Positions 10,987 through 22,329 of a DNA stretch of 64,000 bases are shown piece after piece. The notes beneath the pieces are model-generated. The model worked only from the letters and a program-made list of their open reading frames with translations. It ran no database searches and was not told the DNA's origin. Made by a program: the position numbers and the translations under genes. Position 1 is the stretch's first letter. Every line of letters begins with the position of its first letter. The DNA is from an uncultured Planctomycetota bacterium (GTDB taxonomy: Bacteria > Planctomycetota > Planctomycetia > Pirellulales > Lacipirellulaceae), in contig CAVRBU010000002.1 of assembly GCA_963719315.1 (NCBI GenBank), positions 928,001 to 992,000 on the forward strand, given 5' to 3'.

Positions 10987-12967
10987 CTATTTACCTGAGC
11001 CGCGAGTTATCGGCCGCGGCGCCACTAGCGCTTCTAGCTGCGGGATGTCGAATTCTTGAAGCAGGCCAAAGCACGCGATTTCGGGCGCATTCTTGAGTTG
11101 CAAGTCTTGGTTGATAAACTCCTTGAGGCTGGTCCACGAATCGTGGATTACGACTTCCGCGATCGTCTGGGGCTCAACCGCCGCCGTCACAAGCGCGACC
11201 GCGCTTGCGCGGCCCCACGGCGATCAGCTTGAGCGACAAATTCGGGTGACGCCGCTCCATCCAGTTCGCCATGGCCGCGATCTGAGCGGCCTGGATTCCG
11301 AGTGGGCGCTCACCTACGGTCGCGATCATTTGCAACTCCGTCGCGTCGACTCCTTGATACGCTTCGCCAAACGCCAGCGGATCGACCGCTAAGACGCACT
11401 CGTTGGAAGCGAGACGTTCCTTCACGGCTGACTGTAGCGCAGTGCGGCCGCCGTCGCCGAACAGAATTGTGATGCCACGCGCTTTGGCTGGCGCGAATTC
11501 AACGGCCGGCGTCGTCCAAGAGTCGTCGAGCGAGACTTTCCACCGTGTAGCGCTAAACTGCTCGCTCTTCGTTTCTTCAACGGCCAGCGCGCGAGCTTCG
11601 TAATGGGGTAAGTGTACGATTTCCCGCAGCCGCTGGCGGGCAGACGTTTGCCACACTGCGGAGTCCTCCTTTTTCGTTGGAATATCCATGCCGCGCGGGA
11701 GCGAGTCGCTGAGTTGAAGGGCTAGGCTGTGGAGCGTTGCATTATTTGGAGGCAGGGGGACTAGAAGCTGGTCGCTGGTCTTGAGCTCTGTTTCGTCAAT
11801 AGGAATGTCGCTCGCATTCCATTCGTTGTTGCCGGAGTAGAAAAAATCCCGTACAAGCCGATAGAGCGCCTCCCGATTGTCGCGCTGAAAATTATGGGTA
11901 CCAGGCTCGCGGTTGATGTGTGTCCGAAAGTGATTGTCGGCTCCCTGCAACGCATAGATCGGCCGGGCCGCGTTCTCGAGTAGCGGGAGAGTGCTATCGG
12001 GCAGGAAGCAACAATTGTCCTGTGCGTTATACGTTAGAAGCAACGGGCGCGGCGCAACGAGCGCGGTCAAATGCGTGTAATCGGCGACCGTGCACAGGTC
12101 GGTCGGAAATTGTTCGCAGTCTCCCACGTCGCGCGAAAACTGCGTTCTGTTAAGCATGCTTGTGTAACCGGCCACGGGATTGGCAAGCGTGATTCGTTCG
12201 TCCAACGACGCGAGCACGATCGTTTGCCAGCCCCCGCCGGAGAGACCCGCAATCCCGACACGCGTGGCATACGCATGGGGGTGGGCCAGAGCAGCGTCTA
12301 GCCCCCGCGTCAATGCCAGCACAAACGGGGCCACGCCGCTCGTCCCACACAGGTCGAGCTGCACGAGCGCGTTATGGCGGTTTCCTCGATCCCGTAGCTG
12401 GTTCATGTAGAGGAACTCGAAGCTGAAGGCCAACATGCCTCGTTTCGCGAGGTTGATGCACCGTCGCTGCTTCTCCGGCGTCGCTTTGCCCAGTTCGTCG
12501 TGCCCATTCAAGTTGATGAACACGGGCGCCTTATCGCCAAGTCGCGTCGGCTCATAGAGCAGCGCGGGAAACCACATGCCGGGCAAAGCTTCGTACCGAA
12601 ATTTGCGAATTACGTAATCGGAATCGCCCGGGATCGTATCCAGCCACTCGACGTGTGACTTCGAGTCGCGCCAATTGGCCGCCTCACCTCGGAAATAAAC
12701 CTTCTCCATGAGGTCGCGGCGAATGTCTTTGGCTTGCGATTGCCAATTGGATTTCGAATGAGGTGGTACAAACGGCGGGATTCGAGCCGCCACATACGCC
12801 CGTAATTCGCGCAGCGGCAAGCCGGAATCAAGAATCGGCTTCGTAATTGCAGGCGAAACGACCTCGCGGCCATCTGCGTCGTCGGTCGTTTCCTTGGCAT
12901 AAGCCAGATTGACGAAGCCGCACGAAGCCAACAGGAAGACGCTTACCACGAGTTTGTGCGGCCACAT
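10987..12967 (-). CDS. Secreted alpha/beta hydrolase (acetylxylan esterase-like), frameshift near 11208
   Basis: GLSGGG nucleophile motif, LVAPRPLL, DNCCF; GGAGG RBS before ATG 12967; C-terminus continues in ORF 10987-11190. Confidence 0.75.
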
Positions 12968-13212
12968 CACGGCATTACCTCCACCGGCACTTGCTGCAAC
13001 CTCGAGTATCGCTGCGGCTAGATGCGTGAGCGGAACGCCGGCGATTTTCGGTAGCGGAATTGAATGTGGCGATGGATCGGAATACGCTACGGATTGATAC
13101 CATCGCTCGATCTTCCAGTATAATGGTTGGCAGCGTAGAAATCGGGGGCGCGGTTTGATACGGTCCAATATTAACGCGATGTTTCACCCACCCTGCCAAA
13201 TTGTTGGTCCTT

Positions 13213-14685
13213 ATGAACATCCAATGTAGCACGCTTTCGGTAGTTCGAGTCTTGTCGCACTCTGGTTGGCGATATTGGATCGGCTTATTTGCGGTTAGTG
13301 CGTTGATCTCGTCGGCAAACGCCGCCCCGGCAAGCCAGCCGAATGTGATCTTCGTTGTCGTCGACGATTTGAACAATCACGTTGGCTGTTACGGCTACGA
13401 TGTAAAAACGCCGTCGATCGACGAGCTCGCGCGACGCGGAATGCGCTTCAATCGGGCCTATTGTCAGAACCCAGTCTGCAATCCGTCGCGTGTTTCATTT
13501 CTTAGCGGGTTGCAGTGCGACCGAACGGGAGTATACACGCTCGTAACGCCGACCCGCGAGTATCTTGGCGACTGGCTCATGCTGCCGGAGTATTTCCGCA
13601 AGAACGGCTATTTCACGGTGATGGTAGGCAAGATCTATCATACGGATGAAGGTCATGAGGATCCGCGCTCGTGGGACGTGGAAATCCGCGAGTTTGGCAA
13701 ACGCCCCCCGGCGGATCAGGTCGTGAAGCGCGGCGATCCCGATGGTCCGGGCGGGCATTCGATCGACTGGGAGTGGCTCAAAACACCCGACGAAAAAACG
13801 CCGGACGGAACGGTTGCTCGCACGGCGGTAAAGTACATCCAGCAGGCCGGTAACGGCAAGAAGCCGTTCTTTCTCGGCGTCGGCTTCCGAAGGCCCCATC
13901 CTCCCTACGCAGCACCGCAAAAGTATTTCGAAATGTATCCGCCGGATTCAGTGAAGTTGGCCGATCCACCTCCCTCCGGCTACTTCCAGACGATTCTGCC
14001 AGCGGCCATGAATTACACCCCGCCCAAGAAGCCAATGACGGAAAAGGAACAGCGCGAGGTCATTGCGGCGTACTACGCTTCGACGACATTCGTAGACGCT
14101 CAGATCGGCATACTTTGGCAGGCACTCGATCGGCTGAATTTGTGGGACAATACGATCGTTGTGTTGATCGGCGATCATGGATATCACTTGGGCGAGCACG
14201 GCGGTCTGTGGCACAAAATGTCGCTGTTCGAGGAGTCGACTCGCGCGCCGCTGATCATTTACGCTCCCGGGATGAAAGCGGCAGGAAAAAGTTGTGATCG
14301 GCTCGTCGAGTTTATCGACATCTATCCGACATTGGTGTCGTTGTGCGGCTTGCCCCACCGCGAGGGACTCGACGGAATCGACTTGAGCCCGCTATTAGAC
14401 GATCCATCCCGGCCGAGCAAAGATGCCGCCTACACCGTGGTCTCGCGGAGTACCGATCCGTCGGCCGACCATGAGAAGCGCGCCGACTATTTGGGCCGCT
14501 CGGTCCGTACCGACCGTTGGCGGTACACGGAATGGGACGGCGGCAAGCGCGGCAGCGAGCTGTACGATCACGAAAATGATCCCCATGAATGGAAGAACCT
14601 GGCCGCCGATACGAAGTACGGCAAGACGGTGCAACGGCTTCACAACCTGCTCGCCGCCCACGCCAAGGACAAGCCGACCAACTAG
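13213..14685 (+). CDS. Sulfatase (iduronate-2-sulfatase/choline sulfatase-like)
   Basis: [40 protein letters not shown]; start codon uncertain. Confidence 0.9.
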   Translation: MNIQCSTLSVVRVLSHSGWRYWIGLFAVSALISSANAAPASQPNVIFVVVDDLNNHVGCYGYDVKTPSIDELARRGMRFNRAYCQNPVCNPSRVSFLSGLQCDRTGVYTLVTPTREYLGDWLMLPEYFRKNGYFTVMVGKIYHTDEGHEDPRSWDVEIREFGKRPPADQVVKRGDPDGPGGHSIDWEWLKTPDEKTPDGTVARTAVKYIQQAGNGKKPFFLGVGFRRPHPPYAAPQKYFEMYPPDSVKLADPPPSGYFQTILPAAMNYTPPKKPMTEKEQREVIAAYYASTTFVDAQIGILWQALDRLNLWDNTIVVLIGDHGYHLGEHGGLWHKMSLFEESTRAPLIIYAPGMKAAGKSCDRLVEFIDIYPTLVSLCGLPHREGLDGIDLSPLLDDPSRPSKDAAYTVVSRSTDPSADHEKRADYLGRSVRTDRWRYTEWDGGKRGSELYDHENDPHEWKNLAADTKYGKTVQRLHNLLAAHAKDKPTN

Positions 14686-14707
14686 TTTGAATGAAACAGG
14701 TGTATCG

Positions 14708-16440
14708 ATGCGCTTCCGATGGCTCGTTTGTTCGCTGATGGTTTGGGCAATGTGCCTGTTGTCGAGTACGGTCGCGCAGAAGCATGACCCGAATAACTTC
14801 GGCCAGTTCGCGCCGCCGGACGCATTCGAGAACGGCTCGAAATACGCGTACTACGGCAGCGAAAACGATTTAGGACCTCGGCAATTCACTGCCGAAACGG
14901 CCGAGGAACATTACAAGCGGCTGGGGCAACGTCATATCTACTTGATCATGCAAGGCCATGCCGACGAGGCCGTCGAGTCGTGCCGAGCACACATCGCCAA
15001 GGATCCGCACGATCTGGAATCGCTCTTCACGCTCGTCATCGCTCAGTGCCAGCTAGGGGATATCGATGGCGCGCTAGAAACGGCGAAGCGGGCTGTCGCT
15101 GCCGGCTTACCCTTCGAGCGGTTTCTGGCTGGGCCGCGCGATTTGCTCGCTCCGCTGGTCTCGTCGCGCGGCTTTCAGGCTTACCTGGCGAAACATCCGG
15201 TACAACTAGTTCACGGCCCGATGCTCGGCGCGATGACCGACAATAGCGTTCGGTTTTGGGTGCGCACCGCTGACGAAAGCAAAGTCACCGTGCGTATCTT
15301 CGAGAAACAGGCTGGCGGAAAGCCAGTGGCTTCGTCCTCTTCCAATTCTTCAAAGAAGATGGATTACACCGCCATCGTTTCTATCACCGGCCTGAAGGCC
15401 AACACCGAATATTATTATGATGTCGAGATTGGTGACGAGCCCGTCGAGAAGGCAAATCGATATGCCTTCCGCACATTTCCACCGGCGGGCGCACGGCCAA
15501 GTTTCGCATCGCCCATGGAGGCTGCGCCGGTTACTATCCGCAAAACGAACGAATGTGGGACACGATCGCATCGTTCCACCCGCTGGCGATGCTGTTGATG
15601 GGTGACAACGTGTACATCGATCTGCCCCAAGAGGCGGGACCACTGCACCGCTACTCGATGTACCAGCGCCAATCGCGGCCCGAATTCCGCCGGCTGGTCT
15701 CCACCACGCCGATCTTTGCGATTTGGGACGATCACGACGTAGCTTTTGACGACATGTGGCTCGGGCCCTACCGCGACAAGCCGAGTTGGAAGCCCTCGAT
15801 GTTTACTCTATTTAAGGAGAATTGGAACAACCCGTCCTACGGAGACCGCGAGTGGCCAGGTTGCTGGTTCAAGTTCTCGATTGCCGACGTCGATTTCTTC
15901 ATGCTCGATTGCCGCTATTACCGCACCAATCCTTTCGCCGAGGAGCGCACGATGCTGGGACCGGTGCAGAAGGCGTGGCTGCTCGGCGAATTGAAGAAGT
16001 CGCATGCCGTTTTCAAGATCATTGCGTCCAGCGTCGCTTGGGCGTCCGGCGCCAAGCCCGGTAGCCGAGATACATGGGATGGATTTCCGGCCGAGCGCGA
16101 GGAAATCTTTTCCTGGATCGAAAAGAACGCGATCGACGGCGTCGTGCTCCTCTCCGCCGACCGGCATCGAAGCGACGCCTGGAAGATACCCCGTCCAAAC
16201 GGCTATCCGCTGTACGACCTACTGAGCTCCCGCTTGACCAATACCGAAATACACGAACTCATGCCAGGGGCGCTCTTCGGCTACAACGCCAAGTGCTCGT
16301 TTGGACTTCTGGCGTTCGACACCGTGCGCGCCGACCCGCAGGTAACCTTCGATGTAGTAAACATCGACGGCGAGACCGTCCATTCGCTGACGATTCATAA
16401 AAACGAGTTGATATCAAAGGCGAGGGCTGGGGCGCACTAA
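14708..16440 (+). CDS. PhoD-family alkaline phosphatase with N-terminal TPR-like region, frameshift near 15490
   Basis: HGPMLG, GDNVYID, WDDHD, LDCRYYR, DTWDGF, LSADRH motifs. Confidence 0.85.
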
Positions 16441-17744
16441 ACGCCGGCCGGGATGCCCCAATGTCCGCCTTCGCGATATTTGCGGGTGAGCATCGCGTTG
16501 GCTTCCTCATCGCCGACGATTTGTTCGGTTGCTGGATCGAAGTGAAGCGTGCGTTGCAGCCGCGTCGCGATGTTTGCCAGGTGGCAGGCAATCGCCGTGC
16601 GCACCGCGATGTCCACATTCGCATTGGGCACGCCGCCCGATTTGATGCAGTCGAGCCAATTCTGGTGGTTTTCCGACACTTTGCTTTCGGGCACACCGTC
16701 GAGTTTCACTTCCAGTAGCTTATTTCGCTCGCCACGGACCTCGAATTTGCCCCGCTTGCTGATGAACATTTTGCCCTTTGTTCCGAAATACTCGGCACCG
16801 CTATCGACGTTGAACGGGTAGGTCGTCGACCACAGACGCATCTCGAAAACAAACAACCTGCGATTGCCGACGCCATCGCCGAATTCAAAGGAGACTTGCT
16901 GCGTGTCGGGGAACTGTTGATCGTCGTCGAAGAAATACTTGCCGCCAGCGGCCGAGATCAGCGACGGATGCGTATCGACGCCCAATCCCCACAACGCGTA
17001 GTCGAACTCATGGATGCCGTCGTTGCCCAAGTCTCCGCAACCGAAGTTGTACCACCAGTGCCAATCGTAGTGGAACCGGTTTGCCTGGAACGGCAACCAC
17101 TCCGCCGGCCCGACCCACATGTCGTAGTTCACGCCGGAGGGTGGCGCGCTCGGCTTCAGATGGCCGATGTTCTTTCGCAACTGCCAATTCCAACATTTGG
17201 ATTGAAGCACGTCGCCGATCACGCCGTCGCGCAACATCGCCATGGCTTGCCGGATCGACGGGCTAGAGCGGGCCTGAGTGCCGTGCGCGACGACCTTGCC
17301 GCTCTTTCGCGCCGCCTCGCGCAGCAGTTGGCCCTCGCGAATGTTTTGGCAGCAGGGCTTCTCAACGTACACGTTCTTGCCGGCGTTCAAGGCCATGATA
17401 GCGATTGGAGTATGCCAATGGTCGGGCGTGGCTATGGTCACGCCGTCGATGGATGGATCATCGAGGATCCGGCGGAAGTCCCCCTCCGGTTTGGCGCCGC
17501 CCGACAATTTCACGCCCGCCGCCAGACGTGCTTCATCGATATCGGATACGTACACGATCTCTGCGTCCTTGAGCGTCGTGAGCGACTTTAGATGGGCTGT
17601 ACCCTGATTGCCGCAGCCGATCACGCCAAGGCGTACTCGCTCCGTTGTGCCGGCCGCGCGGCTTCGCCGCGGAGTTAGCAGAGTTGCGGCCGTAAGACCT
17701 AACGTGGTGTTCTTCAAGAACCGGCGACGTGTGGAATGTGCCAT
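16437..17744 (-). CDS. Tat-exported Gfo/Idh/MocA oxidoreductase
   Basis: STRRRFLK Tat motif, GVIGCGNQG, ATPDHWH, YVEKP, GNDGIH. Confidence 0.92.
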   Translation of the reverse strand: MAHSTRRRFLKNTTLGLTAATLLTPRRSRAAGTTERVRLGVIGCGNQGTAHLKSLTTLKDAEIVYVSDIDEARLAAGVKLSGGAKPEGDFRRILDDPSIDGVTIATPDHWHTPIAIMALNAGKNVYVEKPCCQNIREGQLLREAARKSGKVVAHGTQARSSPSIRQAMAMLRDGVIGDVLQSKCWNWQLRKNIGHLKPSAPPSGVNYDMWVGPAEWLPFQANRFHYDWHWWYNFGCGDLGNDGIHEFDYALWGLGVDTHPSLISAAGGKYFFDDDQQFPDTQQVSFEFGDGVGNRRLFVFEMRLWSTTYPFNVDSGAEYFGTKGKMFISKRGKFEVRGERNKLLEVKLDGVPESKVSENHQNWLDCIKSGGVPNANVDIAVRTAIACHLANIATRLQRTLHFDPATEQIVGDEEANAMLTRKYREGGHWGIPAGV

Positions 17745-17958
17745 GGAATAATTCTCCGCGAGCGTAAATTCAGCACTACGAACTGATCCTATCCTTTGTA
17801 CCTAAAAACCGCCGAATTTCAAAAGCATCCGCCCCCTTTTTTTGAGGCAACTGCTGTGGCGGGCGGCGCAAGCAAGAAAAGGTCGCGGTTATTCCACGCT
17901 TCCCGGATCATCGGCAAGAGCCGACGCGTACCGGTTGGGCCACCGCCCTTTGCATGGT

Positions 17959-18227
17959 GAGTTGGCCGACAAACCGTCGTCCGTGCGAGGCTTGGAAACA
18001 GCAGGGCCATGGCGGCCAGGCATTATCTTCAAGCGACGGGCGAGCATTTCCAAAACGCGCTCGAAAATACGGCGCACAACACGGCGCAGTCAGGGCTTGG
18101 CCATGACGACGATGCTCAGGAGCGACCGGCACCCCCTGAAGAGCCATCTACTGACAATTGTCGCCAATACTATACAAGTGTACAAATAGCGGAGGAGGGA
18201 CTCGAACCCCCGACACGCGGATTATGA
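17959..18227 (+). pseudogene. Degenerate C-terminal remnant of a tyrosine recombinase/integrase reading into tRNA-Met
   Basis: ELADK...VRARLGNSRAMAARHYLQATGEHF (LGxS...HY catalytic box), then a TAHNTAQ tail overlapping the tRNA 3' end; no N-terminal part. Confidence 0.6.
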
Positions 18228-18260
18228 TTCCGCTGCTCTAACCAACTGAGCTACTCCGCC
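18187..18260 (-). tRNA. tRNA-Met (CAT), probably elongator; CCA not encoded
   Basis: GGCGGAG/CTCCGCT acceptor stem, GCGGA-ATCATAA-TCCGC anticodon arm, GTTCGAGTC T-loop. Confidence 0.95.
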
Positions 18261-18332
18261 GCCGTCGTGGCCGCGGGGCGGCCGACGAGCTTTTGATTAT
18301 CGGAATCGAGGCGTGGCGCGTAAAGGGGCCGT

Positions 18333-18387
18333 GTAGACTGCACGCTCCGCGAGCAGGATTCCTCGCGCGGAGAGAGAAGACTTCGAC
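18333..18387. repeat. REP-like element; second copy at 43630-43684
   Basis: gtagactgcacgctccgcgagcaggattcctc... aligns with gtggcctgctcgctccgcaagcagagttcctc... Confidence 0.6.
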
Positions 18388-18655
18388 GGGCGATTTTTGC
18401 ATTACACAGGAAACTGTGGTTTTGGCTATAGGTGTGTGTGGAACGCGGCGTTCTTTGATTATTGGAATGACCGCGCCGTACCGTTTGGAGTCTCGCATAC
18501 ACTTACCCCCATAGCGAGCATATTGTTGGCGAAATCGCGGGCGGTGAAGTGTCGAACGTACTGTGGCTTATTCCATCGCCATGCTGGCTACTGGGCACAC
18601 GTTAGGGCATTGCCAGGTGAGTGGCTGGTCAAGGGATTGTCAGGCACAGCCTGAA

Positions 18656-19327
18656 CTACTTAAGCAGCGCTCTGAATTCTTTGTTGAATTTCTCGACCTT
18701 CGGGCGAATCACGAATTGGCAGTAGCCCTGCGAGGGATTCGAGTTGAAGTAGTTTTGGTGGTACTTCTCGGCCGGATAGAAGTTATTGATCGGGGTGATT
18801 TCCGTGACGATCGGTTTGGCGAATGTTTTCGAGGCGTCCAGTTGTCGCTTGTATTGCTCCGCGATGCGGCGTTGTTCTTCGGTGTGGTAGAAGACGGCGG
18901 AGCGGTATTGCGTGCCAATGTCGTTGCCTTGTTGGTTGGGCGTGGTCGGGTCGTGAGTTTGCCAGAAGACTTTCAATAGCTCGTCGAACGAGATCACGGC
19001 AGGGTCGTAGGTCACCTGGATCACCTCCGCATGGCCGGTCGTGCCGGAGCAAACATCTTCATATGTCGGGTTCTCGACGTTGCCATTGCTGTAGCCGGAG
19101 ACGACACTCTTCACGCCGCGGAGTTGTTGGAACACGGCCTCGGTACACCAGAAGCAGCCCGAGCCGAACGTGGCTTTTTCGAGTTTGTCGGAGCCGGCTG
19201 CAGAAGTGGTGGCTTGAGAAGAATCGGCGGTCATCGTGGTCGACTCCAAACTGGGTGCAGTGGCGGGCTGGCAGCCGATGGCTAGCACAACGAACGCAAC
19301 GGCGGCAATTTCAGGTGAGTGGAACAT
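18656..19327 (-). CDS. msrA: Peptide-methionine (S)-S-oxide reductase with lipoprotein-like leader
   Basis: GSGCFWCTE, GHAEVIQV, QGNDIGTQYRS, FYPAEKYHQNY; leader FVVLAIGC; start uncertain. Confidence 0.95.
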   Translation of the reverse strand: MFHSPEIAAVAFVVLAIGCQPATAPSLESTTMTADSSQATTSAAGSDKLEKATFGSGCFWCTEAVFQQLRGVKSVVSGYSNGNVENPTYEDVCSGTTGHAEVIQVTYDPAVISFDELLKVFWQTHDPTTPNQQGNDIGTQYRSAVFYHTEEQRRIAEQYKRQLDASKTFAKPIVTEITPINNFYPAEKYHQNYFNSNPSQGYCQFVIRPKVEKFNKEFRALLK

Positions 19328-19447
19328 GTTTTTTGCCAGCGGTGATGGCATGGCCAGGGAGGCGGCAAAGCTTTGTGGACCCGTAAATTCGTTATAGCCG
19401 ATACGGAGGAAGAGACACAACGTTTTCACGTGGCTGGGGGGTGAAGG

Positions 19448-20821
19448 ATGTTCAAGTTGGCGGCAATATCCGCGATCGTCGCCGCGACTGCGATGATAGC
19501 AGGCCCGGCGAGCGGCCAAAACTTTTCGCTGACGATTCCCAATCTGGGAAACGCGGCGAAGAGCGACGCCGAGCCGCGGGTGGCGCTCGCGCCGGAGCCG
19601 GTTCCACTGCCGCCCATCGCCAAGCCGGAAAGCGATGACGAGCTAACGCTGGCCGAAGCCGAGTCGATGGCGACGGCGTTTCATCCGGCACTTCGCGAAG
19701 CGGAAGCACTGGTGCGTGCGGCCCACGGCAATTGGGTCCAGGTGGGTCTGAAACCAAATCCGGCGATCGGTTATTCGGGCGATGAAATCGGCGACAGCGG
19801 CACGGCCGGCAAGCAAGGCGGGTTTGTCAGCCAGGAATTCGTGACGGGCGGCAAGCTCGACCTCAACCGGGCCGTCGCGCTCCGCGAGCAGGCGGCGGCG
19901 GAGCAGCGATTTCAGCAAATGCGGCTGCAAATCGTAACCACCGTGCGGAAGAATTATTTTGAAACACTGGCGGCCGAGCGGGCCGTGTCGCTCACGCATC
20001 AACTCAGCGAGATCGCGACGCAATCGGTGACGGCATCGCAACGGCGGTTGGAACGGCAGGACGTGCCGAAGACTTCGCTCCTGCAAAGTCAGATTGAAAG
20101 CGAATCGGCAAACCTGGTCGAGCAGCAGGCCACCGAGCGGTACTCGGCGGCGCGGCGACGATTGGCCGCCGTGCTCGGCACACCGGACGATGAGCCGGCG
20201 AAATTGGAAGATGTGTTCGCACGCCCGCTGCCGGAGTTGGATTTTATCACGATTCGCGAGCGGATTCTCTCGGAGAGCCCCGAGCTAGCGGAACTGCGGT
20301 TCGCGGTCGATCGAGCACGCTGGGCGGTCGAGCGGGCATCTGCCGGCCGGGTGCCGAACATAAATGTGCAAGCGGGCGTGCAACTCGACAACACGACGCA
20401 AGATACGATCGCCAACGTGCAACTGAGTATGCCGATCCCTTTGTTTGACCGCAATCAAGGCGCGATCGCACAAGCGTGTGGAGAATTGGCAGCAGCACAG
20501 GCAGCATTGGAGGCCCGTCAATTGGCGATCCAACAGCGACTCATGCTCTCCCTTCGCGATTACAAGACGGCCCGCGAGCGAGTAGCCAAATACAAGGAGA
20601 AGATTCTGCCGGCGGCGCAGGAAACATTGGAACTCATCAACCAGGGCTACCAACAGGGTGAACTCGATTACACGCAAATGTTTAGCGTGCAGCAGACGTA
20701 CGCGGCAAAAAACCTGTCCTATTTGCAAGATTTGGAAACAGCCTGGCGGCAATGGGCTGAAATAGACGGGTTTTTGGTGGGCGAGGTCTCGCCAGAATTG
20801 AAAATCGATAATCCGAACTAG
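19448..20821 (+). CDS. TolC/CzcC-family outer membrane efflux protein
   Basis: Signal peptide, LKPNP, SQEFVTGGKL, PIPLFDRNQG, GYQQGELDY. Confidence 0.88.
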   Translation: MFKLAAISAIVAATAMIAGPASGQNFSLTIPNLGNAAKSDAEPRVALAPEPVPLPPIAKPESDDELTLAEAESMATAFHPALREAEALVRAAHGNWVQVGLKPNPAIGYSGDEIGDSGTAGKQGGFVSQEFVTGGKLDLNRAVALREQAAAEQRFQQMRLQIVTTVRKNYFETLAAERAVSLTHQLSEIATQSVTASQRRLERQDVPKTSLLQSQIESESANLVEQQATERYSAARRRLAAVLGTPDDEPAKLEDVFARPLPELDFITIRERILSESPELAELRFAVDRARWAVERASAGRVPNINVQAGVQLDNTTQDTIANVQLSMPIPLFDRNQGAIAQACGELAAAQAALEARQLAIQQRLMLSLRDYKTARERVAKYKEKILPAAQETLELINQGYQQGELDYTQMFSVQQTYAAKNLSYLQDLETAWRQWAEIDGFLVGEVSPELKIDNPN

Positions 20822-20904
20822 CGAATCGCGGCGGATTTGCCTTCTCGTTTCAGCGTTGCAGCCTACAATCCAGTTTCTGCCAGCGCCTCCGAAGGACGAT
20901 CCGT

Positions 20905-21516
20905 ATGCCTGAACCACGGGGGACGGCCCTCGCGCTCTCTTACTTCACCGTCGGATATAACGTCCTCGAAGGCGTGGTGTCCGTTATTTTTGCGCTGCTA
21001 TCCGGCAGTTCCGCTCTGTTGGGATTCGGCATCGATAGCTTTGTGGAATCGTTGTCGGGCAGCGTCATGATCTGGCGATTTTCGCCGACGAGTCGACTGT
21101 CGTCCGCCGATCACGAACAGCGAGAACGAGTCGCGATCCGCCTCGTGGGCGTGTCGCTTGCAATCCTTGGTGGATACGTGATGTACGAATCGGCTACGAA
21201 GCTCTACTTTCGAGAGAGCCCGGATCGGAGCCCTGCCGGACTGATTATTGCGATCGTTTCGCTTGTGGCGATGCCAGTCCTCTACGTATTAAAACGGCGC
21301 ACCGCATCGGAGATTGCAAGCCGCAGCCTTGCCGCAGACGCAAAACAAACTCTCAGTTGCATCATGCTTTCGATAGCATTGCTGATTGGGAGCGGACTAC
21401 ACTACGGGCTGGGCCTGTGGCAGGCCGACCCGGTCGCCGGATTGGTGATTGCGGCCTATTTACTTCGCGAAGGGTATGTGGCTTGGAAGGACCAGGAGCT
21501 TTGTTGCACCGAGTAG
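20905..21516 (+). CDS. Cation diffusion facilitator-like transporter (transmembrane domain only)
   Basis: YNVLEG, ALLGFGIDSFVE, SRSLAADAKQT, ADPVAGLVIA; ends in CCTE. Confidence 0.85.
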   Translation: MPEPRGTALALSYFTVGYNVLEGVVSVIFALLSGSSALLGFGIDSFVESLSGSVMIWRFSPTSRLSSADHEQRERVAIRLVGVSLAILGGYVMYESATKLYFRESPDRSPAGLIIAIVSLVAMPVLYVLKRRTASEIASRSLAADAKQTLSCIMLSIALLIGSGLHYGLGLWQADPVAGLVIAAYLLREGYVAWKDQELCCTE

Positions 21517-21704
21517 TGCTCTCACGCGGATTACGCTCCTTGCCGCCGCCAACTCGGCCGCTCAACGGCGGCTAACTGACGCCGCTGGCAGCAGGTTTTA
21601 TGGCCACTCCCAAAGCCGGATTTGCCGATTTTGCCGAAAGTTCAATTGACCCGATGACCGATTAACACAATGATATCTGATAGTTCCCATTGACCGACCT
21701 TAGT

Positions 21705-22117
21705 ATGCGCCTGTTTTTTCCAACCTGGTGGCTGCTTCGCTGTTCATCCACGCGATGTTCGGTTGCTGCTGGCATCACGCGCACAATGAGTTGTGCTGCG
21801 AGCCGTCGGCGTCCGAGCAGACGGCGGATGCCGGATGCTGCCATCATCACCCTAGCGGGAGCGATCAGCAGCACGGCCAGCCGACGAAGGCCCCGTGCAA
21901 CAATCCTTCGCACTGCCGAGGTCTGTGCACCTATTTGTCGGTGCCGAAGACGCAACTCGATAGGGTCGAGCTGCACGTGCCGATGGATTTCGCGGCAATC
22001 GTTCCGGCAACCGGCGAAGCGCATCGCGCCGCCCTGCACTACCCGGAGCGAACGCACGAATCTGCCGCTGGGCCGCCGATGCGGCTCCATCTGTTTCATC
22101 AAATCTTGCTGATTTGA
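21705..22117 (+). CDS. Small secreted Cys/His-rich protein (homopolymer frameshift near 21715)
   Basis: MRLFF(SNL)VAASLFIHAMFGCCWHHAH...CCHHH...C..HC..LC...GPP.RLHL..QILLI. Confidence 0.7.
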
Positions 22118-22238
22118 TTCTGCACGATTCACTCCGCTTTGCGGTTGATGCTGCGCGGTGCGTGGCGACTGCAGCGGTTGTCGTCGATGAGCGGTTGCGC
22201 ACGCGCCAATTCAAGGAATCAATTATTTGTATTCGGTG

Positions 22239-22304
22239 GGAACTCTAATGATCCCTAATCTCCACTAATCCGAATTAGTGCCGATTAGCGCAGATCAGTG
22301 TTCC
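22239..22304. repeat. Decamer tandem-repeat palindrome upstream of czcB
   Basis: ctaat at 22245/22255/22265, then inverted attag/atcag units with 10-nt period. Confidence 0.7.
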
Positions 22305-22329
22305 AAAAAACTCTTGAGGGAGTTGTGCC

